Below, in pieces: positions 56,433 to 64,000 of a stretch of DNA of 64,000 nt. Under the pieces are notes generated by a model. That model made no database searches, had not been told where the DNA came from, and saw only the letters and a program-made list of their open reading frames with translations. Numbering within the stretch: the stretch's first letter is position 1; each line of letters begins with the position of its first letter. A program made the translations under genes and the position numbers. This DNA comes from Eledone cirrhosa (Eukaryota): the NCBI GenBank assembly GCA_964016885.1, contig OZ024759.1, positions 12,834,001 to 12,898,000 on the forward strand, in the 5' to 3' direction.

Positions 56433-56773
56433 GTATATAAAGAATGAATAATAACAGGTAGACATCATAAAAAGGTAATTTATTCCGTGTGCTTACAAGT
56501 GTTTCCACGGTGGTACTGCAGCCTAGTTATGCTATATGCAAATTCACAAGTACTTGCAGAACTCAAATATCCAATGCTGTGACCACTGTTTCCTCAGAGC
56601 AGAAATTTGATTTCTGCTCTGAGGAAACAGTGGTCACAGCATTGGATATTTGAGTTCTGCAAGTACTTGTGAATTTGCATATAGCATAACTAGGCTGCAG
56701 TACCACCGTGGAAACACTTGTAAGCACACGGAATAAATTACCTTTTTATGATGTCTACCTGTTATTATTCATT

Positions 56774-56783
<10 letters not shown>
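56433..56783. repeat. Near-perfect palindrome with about 174-bp arms and a 3-nt loop at about 56608
   Basis: Arms are reverse complements; right arm runs into (TA)n. Confidence 0.95.
56615..56726 (+). ncRNA. Type-I hammerhead with long stem II (mirror copy at 56490-56601 on minus)
   Basis: UGCU-CUGAGGA-AACAGUGGU...ACCACCGUG-GAAA-CACUUG-UA^AGCA. Confidence 0.68.
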
Positions 56784-56821
<38 letters not shown>

Positions 56822-56833
<12 letters not shown>

Positions 56834-57239
56834 AGAACAAAAGATGGTTAAATGAGTTCCATGTATTTTATTATGCGCATTTCAAAAACAAATATCATCA
56901 TGCAATATTATTTGTGTTTTCATCAGATAAAATAGGAAGACATGATATGAAGGTTAAAAAACACTTGTGGATAGTGCAGTTTTAAATCAACATATTTAAA
57001 TCAACACTATCCACAAGTGTTTTTTAACCTTCATATCATGTCTTCCTATTTTATCTGATGAAAACACAAATAATATTGCATGATGATATTTGTTTTTGAA
57101 ATGCGCATAATAAAATACATGGAACTCATTTAACCATCTTTTGTTCTTATATATTATGTATACTCCAGTCCTACAAACTGTAGAGTGCTTCTTATCCGAT
57201 ATCTGTATTGCTTTATTGTACTACAATAAAACTCACCTC

Positions 57240-57240
<1 letters not shown>
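56822..57240. mobile_element. Penelope-like fold-back element with about 155-bp inverted arms
   Basis: 56822-56977 is the reverse complement of 57005-57157; 3' extension TACTCCAGTCC...AATAAAACTCACCTC. Confidence 0.8.
57047..57117 (+). ncRNA. Type-I hammerhead ribozyme (mirror copy at 56864-56934 on minus)
   Basis: UAUUUUAU-CUGAUGA-AAACACAAAUA...UAUUUGUUUUU-GAAA-UGCGCA-UA^AUAAAAUA. Confidence 0.82.
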
Positions 57241-57289
<49 letters not shown>

Positions 57290-57368
57290 GTGTTGTGTTA
57301 TACTGCTGGTCTATACTGATATATATATATATATATAGATATATATATATATATATATAGATATATAT

Positions 57369-57844
57369 ATATGCGTATGAAGGATGACAGCTGGATAAAA
57401 AGGTGCAGAGCACTAGAAGTGAATGGAAACCGCGGAGTGGGGAGACCCAAGAAGACCTGGGATGAGGTGATAAAACCCGACCTTACCCAATTACACCTCT
57501 CAAAGGCGATGACACACGACCGTGACCTCTGGCGTCACGCAGTAATACAGAGTACCCGACCTCCCATGGGTACAACCTGAAGCATATAGACAATATACCC
57601 CCACACCCTCCCACTGCAAGGTGATCGTGGAGGTGCCACGGCAAAAAAGCACCCAGCACTCACTGTAAATGAGGTTGGTGTTAGGAAGGGCATCCAGCTG
57701 TAGAAATCAAGCCAGAATCAGTTCCTGTATGAGCAAGGCATGGTCAGCCGACCAGACACTGCCCACAACAGGACAACCCATCTAACCCATGCTAGCATGG
57801 AAGAACGGACGTAAAACGGTGATGATGATGATGACGATGATGAT
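57369..57844 (+). mobile_element. RTE-clade LINE 3' end
   Basis: [13 protein letters not shown]...[11 protein letters not shown]; tail shared with SINE A; (GAT)n. Confidence 0.85.
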
Positions 57845-57857
57845 ATACACACACACA

Positions 57858-57915
<58 letters not shown>

Positions 57916-58276
57916 CAGGAAAGAAGAGTGACACGGTTTGCTATACAAAAAAGGTTTTTAATCTCATTGCTGACAATTGTTTCTCTGAACTGGTAGGTCT
58001 AGAGATCGCTACGCGCTTATTTTCACGTTATTCGATCACCAATACAATCACAAAGTTATAACAATATAAAAAATGTCACTCTTCTTTCCTGATTTATCAT
58101 TACTCCAAGTGTTTACAACATAGGAATTACAGCGTACTCGCAGCATCACTATGGAAACGTCTTGTTGAGTCAAACTTAGCCTAGCGTTGATATCATCCAC
58201 TACCCGGAGTACCATAACTGGACTACCTATATAATTTGTTACCCCGTATATTTATATATATACACACACACACACA

Positions 58277-58333
<57 letters not shown>

Positions 58334-58465
58334 ATATATATACACACACACTCTCTCTCTATATATATATATATACACACACACTATATATATATAAATA
58401 TATACACACACACACTCTCTATATATATATATATACACACACTATATATATATATACACACACAC

Positions 58466-58498
<33 letters not shown>

Positions 58499-58618
58499 TA
58501 TATATATATACACACACACACACACTCTCTCTCTATATATATATACACACACACTATATATATATAAATATATACACACACACACACTCTATATATATAT
58601 ATATATATACACACACAC

Positions 58619-58652
<34 letters not shown>

Positions 58653-58975
58653 ATATATACATATACACACACTATATATACACACACACACACACTATAT
58701 GTATATATATATATATATATACACACACACTATTTATATATATACACACACCCTATATATATAAATATACACACACACTATTTATATATACACACACATA
58801 CTATTTATATATATACACACACCCTATATATATATACACACACACTATGTGTGTACCATGTGATATTTGGTGAAGTGTAACAACAATGTCACAGCAACAA
58901 CTCTGGTGAAAACTACTACAGCGAGGTGAAGGTAGAGTAATGTGACAGTGGGAGTAGCAGTGACTGGAAATAGAG

Positions 58976-59008
<33 letters not shown>

Positions 59009-59030
59009 GGTGGTGGTAGTAGTACTAGTG

Positions 59031-59094
<64 letters not shown>

Positions 59095-59177
59095 CAAAAG
59101 AGGTGAGGTAAGGAACCAGATGGACCATAACGCACCAGAGTACTCAATACTTAGGGTAGTAGAGTGTAGAGTGGGTA

Positions 59178-59290
59178 ATAGGAAAATGTTTAACCCCGAC
59201 GGCAGAGCTCAAGCCGTTTCGACGGCTATTTCTGAGTCCAGAAATAGCCATTGAAATAGCTTGAACTCTGCCGTCGGGGTTAAACATTTT

Positions 59291-59295
<5 letters not shown>
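59178..59295. repeat. Hairpin palindrome with about 56-bp arms next to (TA)n
   Basis: ATAGGAAAATGTTTAACCCCGACGGCAGAG...CTCTGCCGTCGGGGTTAAACATTTTCCTAT. Confidence 0.88.
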
Positions 59296-59330
<35 letters not shown>

Positions 59331-59659
59331 GGAGGTGAGTTTTATTGCAGCACAATAAAGCAATGCAAATATCGGATAATGTTGATTTAATACTTCACTG
59401 CTCGCAAGTGTTTTTTAAGCTTCATATCATGTCTCCCTATTTTATCTAATGAGAACGCAAATATCATCCCATGATGATAAAGATATTTAATTTGCTGGTA
59501 ATTCAACAAATATATTTATAACAGGTTCGAAGCACTCAACATGTTTCCTGGAGTATAATATCAATGATATTAATAAATGGAAACTATATTTATAAAACCA
59601 TATTTATAAATCTATGTATGTATGTATGTATGTATGTATGTATGTATGTATGTATGTAT

Positions 59660-60870
59660 GTACAACCCGTCCCATGGTTGGGTCGTTGGCGACTAAACTG
59701 GCAACCCCACCAAGGTTTCTTGGTGAGGAGGGTGACTTTGGACATCCTGCAGGACTAAAAACAAAACCTGTCAAAGGGCAAATGACCTCTTAGCCTTTGT
59801 CAAGGCAGAATTCTAGAAGGAAAACTCTGATATAACACCTGCAACCCTGATGGTATCCAATGATGTTGACTTGTTCTTCTTTTTGGTAAATATCATCTTG
59901 GTTAAGAGAGTGGGACTGGCTTTGTGCAGTGCTTTTGCTCACTATAAAAGCTTCACGGCACAGGCATTGCTTTATATCTGGAGATCTCTCTGCACTTGTC
60001 GTCACATGGTACCATTGGCCCAGCACTATGTGTGAATAATTGTCACAAGTGTAGTGTTTGTACCAGAGTTTTCAAGTCGCTGGCTGGCCTAAAAAGTCAC
60101 ACTCGTTCAGCGCATCGGTAGGAGTTCTACATGGATATAAAGTAGTGGCCGTACTCGAAAACGAGTTGGCAGCCACCATGTATGCATGCATGTATGTATG
60201 TATGTATGTATGTCAGGTCACCAGTTGGTGCTACTGGTAACACGTATCCCAGTACAACCTGTCTCATGGTCGGGTCGTTGGCGACTAAACTGGCAACCCC
60301 ACCAAGGTTTCTTGGTGAGGAGGATGACTTTGGACATCCTGCAGGACTAAAAACAAAACCTGTCAAAGGGCAAAGGAGCTCTTAAGAGTCAATGGCCATC
60401 CAAAATCACCGGGAGTGATGACCCCTTAGCCTTTGTCAAGGCAGAATTCTAGGAGAAGGAAAACTCTGATATAACACCTGCAACCCTGATGGTATCCAAT
60501 GATGTTGACTTGTTCTTCTCTTTGGTAAATATCATCTTGGTTAAGAGAGTGGGACTGGCTTTGTGCAGTGCCTTTGCTCACTATAAAAGCTTCACGGCAC
60601 AGGCATTGCTTTATATCTGGAGATCTCTCTGCACTTGTCGTCACATGGTACCATGGACCCAGCACTATGTGTCAATAATTGTCACAAGTGTAGTGTTTGT
60701 ACCAGAGTTTTCAAGTCGCTGGCTGGACTAAAAAGTCACACTCGTTCAGCGCATCGGTAGGAGTTCTCCTACATGGATATAAAGTAGTGGCTGTACTCGA
60801 AAACGAGTTGGCAGCCACCATGTATGCATGTATGTATGTATGTATGTATGTATGTATGTATGCATGTATA
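59660..60870 (+). mobile_element. Head-to-tail dimer of an about 640-bp internally deleted RTE-like element with (TATG)n tails
   Basis: Two near-identical units; end encodes C2H2 finger CSVCTRVFKSLAGLKSHTRSAH* followed by a short UTR and (TATG)n. Confidence 0.7.
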
Positions 60871-60934
60871 TATGTATGTGTAAGTTATGCAATACAACTG
60901 AAAAAATCATGTTCTCTTCAAATGGAATCAAGTG

Positions 60935-61540
60935 GTGTATTGGTGGTAGTGGTGGTGGTGGTGGTGGTGGTGGTGTTGGTGTTGGTGTTGGTGGTGGTGG
61001 TGGTGGTGATGTTGGTGGTGATGACGATGTTGGTGTTGATGTTGGTGGTGGTGACGATGTTGATGTTGGTGGTGGTGACGATGGTGATGTTGGTGTTGGT
61101 GGTGATGATGATGTTGGTGGTGGTGACGATGTTGGTGGTGGTGGTGGTGGTGGTGATGATGATGGTGTTGGTGGTGATGACGGTGTTGGTGTTGGTGTGA
61201 TGACGGTGTTGGTGTTGGCGGTGGTGGTGATGATGATGTTGGTGGTGATGGTGATGTTGGTGGTGATGGTGATGTTGGTGGTGATGGTGATGTTGGTGGT
61301 GATGGTGATGGTGATGTTGGTGGTGGTAGTGACGATGTTGTTGGTGTTGATGTTACTCAATGAATGGAAACAACAGTATGAATGAGACAAGCTTGGATTG
61401 CAGTGTGTGGGTGTGGGTGTGGGGTGGGGGGTGGGGGTGGGGGGCAGTAGTATTGGTAGTAGCACTAGTAATAGCAACATTACCCTACAACTACTACTAG
61501 TAGCATCAGCAGTCCTAGTGGAGGTGGTGGTGGTGGTAGC

Positions 61541-61586
<46 letters not shown>

Positions 61587-61944
61587 ACAGCAGCAGCAGT
61601 AGTAGTAGTAACAACAGCAGCAGTAGCAGTAGTAGTAGTAGTAGTAGTAGTAACAGCAGCAGCAGTAGTAGTAGTAACAGTAGTAGCAGCAGTAGTAGTA
61701 GTAACAACAGCAGCAGCAGTAGTAGTAGTAGTAGTAACAGCAGCAGTAACAGCAGCAGTAGTAGTAGTAGTAGTAGTAGTAGTAACAGTAGTAGCAGTAG
61801 TAGTAGTAGTAGCAGTAGTAGTAGTAGTAGTAGTAGTAGTAACAGCAGCAGCAGCAGTAGTAGTAGTAGCAGCAGCAGTAGTAGCAGTAGTAGTAGTAAC
61901 AACAGTAGCAGCAGCAGTAGTAGTAGTAGTAGTAGTAGTAGTAA

Positions 61945-61997
<53 letters not shown>

Positions 61998-62050
61998 ACA
62001 GCAACAGCAGCAGTAGTAGTAGTAGTAGTAGTAGTAGCAGCAGTAGTAGC

Positions 62051-62090
<40 letters not shown>

Positions 62091-62101
62091 ACAGTAGTAG
62101 C

Positions 62102-62132
<31 letters not shown>

Positions 62133-62143
62133 ACAGTAGTAGC

Positions 62144-62186
<43 letters not shown>

Positions 62187-62310
62187 ACAGTAGTAACAGC
62201 AGCAGCAGCAGCAGTAGTAGTAGTAGCAGCAGTAGTAGTAACAGCAGCAGTAGTAGTAGTAGTAGTAGTAGTAGTAGCAGCAGTAGTAGCAGTAGTAGTA
62301 GTAGTAGTAA
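60935..62310. repeat. (GGT/GAT)n and (AGT/AGC)n triplet tracts
   Basis: Direct. Confidence 0.95.
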
Positions 62311-62397
62311 AAGACACTGAATTTTAAAGGTCAAGAATTAAAGAAAATTTTTTAAGGAAAAAAAAAATGAACTCTTTCATAAAGAAAGGTGGTGTTG

Positions 62398-62700
62398 GTG
62401 GTGTGGTGTTTATAGGGGTGCTGTGGTGTTTATAGGGGTGGTGTAGTGTTTATAGGAGTGGTGTAGGGTTTATAGGGGTGGTGTAGTGTTTATAGGGGTG
62501 GTGTAGTGTTTATAGGGGTGGTGTGGTGTTTATAGGGGTGGTGTGGTGTTTATAGGGGTGGTGTAGGGTTTATAGGGGTTGTGTAGTGTTTATAGGAGTG
62601 GTGTAGGGTTTATAGGGGTGGTGTAGGGTTTATAGGGGTTGTGTAGTGTTTATAGGGGTGTTGTGGTGTTTATAGGGGTGGTGTGGTGTTTATAGGGGTA
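62398..62700. repeat. 20-bp G-rich minisatellite (TATAGGGGTGGTGTAGTGTT), about 15 copies
   Basis: Direct. Confidence 0.92.
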
Positions 62701-63236
62701 ATGACAGAAAGAAGGCAGAGAAGCTAACAGTCTGTTTCATACTGTTTGGCAATCATCAGAACTACGTACTGCCCTCTTCCGCCGAAAAGTATAGAAGCTG
62801 GATTCTTATATACATACACACACACAATATATATATATATATACACAGCCATACACACACACACACATATATATATATACACAGCCATATATACACACAC
62901 ACATATAATTCTATAATAATTTCTATATTTTCATTTATATTTATACTCGGAATTTTTCCTAGAGTGCTTAAAATTATTTGTGACTAGTCCCGGTCTTTTT
63001 TAAAAAAACCCCGCGATAATATTGCTATTTTGCTGAACTCCTTACATTTTGTTGAGTTTTTACTGAATGTTTTTTGACTGCTGTTTCTTGTAAATAGACA
63101 TTTGTCTCATTCTGACGTCACCAGCGATGTCTCTCCATGTGTGTTTATCTTCATAATTACGCATGAGGTGAACTAGCCTGCTTTTAAATTCCCTTTTTGG
63201 CATATTTTGGCAGTGGTCAAGGGTTATCGTGTTTGA

Positions 63237-63317
63237 GCTCTACTGATGAACGACTCCAACCGTGACCATCCCCACTGAAAAGTTTCGTGAAATAGTCTTT
63301 TTAAGACTATATAGAGC
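63237..63317 (+). ncRNA. Canonical type-I hammerhead ribozyme
   Basis: GCUCUA-CUGAUGA-ACGA...UCGU-GAAA-UAGUCUU-UUU-AAGACUA-UA^UAGAGC; all three stems pair. Confidence 0.88.
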
Positions 63318-63590
63318 ATTTGTAGTTTTTCCAAATTGAAGGATGAGTATTTAAACTTTATTTTATTCAGAGTTAAGGCTCTATTGGTTTTTCCCTGGAT
63401 TTCACAAAATCTGTGGATAAAATCTGTCTTGATTTTGTAAAATTGAGTTTGAATTATTTTCCCACATCTTACTTTAATTATTTTTCCATTTTGACGTTAT
63501 AGTCACTTATATATTATGAAATACTGTTGGCTTCTTGCTACAATAATTTCTATATTTTTCATTTATATATATATATATATATATATATAT

Positions 63591-63921
63591 CCACTACCCC
63601 CACCCCATCCACACCATCCCTTTCAATGTAAAGTTATGTTGGTGTCACAACATCCAGCCCGAAACAAATGAGGTCGTGTAGGTGTCACGACAAAAAAACA
63701 CACAGTCCACGCTGTAATGTGGCCGTGTAGGTAACACGGTAAAAACCTCCCAGTTCCACACTGTAAATGTGGTTGGTGTTAGGAAGGGCATCCAGCCGTA
63801 GAAAACCCGCCAGACAGTCCTATGCGAGCAGGACAACCACTCTTGCCTGAAGTGGGAAAACTCCCATCCAAACCCATGCTAGCGTGGAATATGGACGTTA
63901 AACGATGATGATGATGATGAT
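63591..63921 (+). mobile_element. RTE 3'UTR fragment
   Basis: Reverse complement of 46651-47085; (GAT)n tail. Confidence 0.8.
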
Positions 63922-64000
63922 ATATATAGTGACGAAACATAAGTCAATTGCATGAACTCATAATCCTTTATTTACTGCTATATATATTTCGATGATAGCC

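Noticed and set aside
57640-57710. Twister ribozyme upstream of the AGGAAGGGCATCCAG motif
   Set aside because: The motif recalls RTE UTRs, but the twister core (GUCCCAAGC loop, GAGGG) cannot be fitted.
57911-58096. Further hammerheads at about 57968-58015(-), 35525-35560 and 59438-59480
   Set aside because: GAAA/stem III or stem I pieces are present but the CUGANGA core is mutated or truncated; treated as relics.

Overview
Repeat-dense, AT-rich animal genomic DNA. The tRNA-SINE, RTE and microsatellite landscape suggests a coleoid cephalopod such as Octopus; this is inference. The only host coding sequence I can support is one 300-bp internal exon of the RING E3 ligase RNF41/Nrdp1 (minus strand, 11857-12156). 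Its neighbouring exons were not found, so most of the window is probably giant introns. All long ORFs in the track are tandem-repeat artefacts or LINE fragments. Main findings: (1) About a dozen type-I hammerhead ribozyme motifs, folded by eye. Most lie in non-coding fold-back (palindromic) Penelope-like/retrozyme-like elements at (TA)n tracts. They include a near-perfect one at 63237-63317 and U3-A8 core variants. (2) Three large satellites (84, 48 and 72 bp units) born inside TTAA-CCC-terminated MITEs, two of them from different parts of the same MITE family, plus a 10-bp satellite born from an L1/Tx1 3'UTR. (3) A minisatellite that multiplies the RNF41 5' splice site as AG|GTCAGT units.
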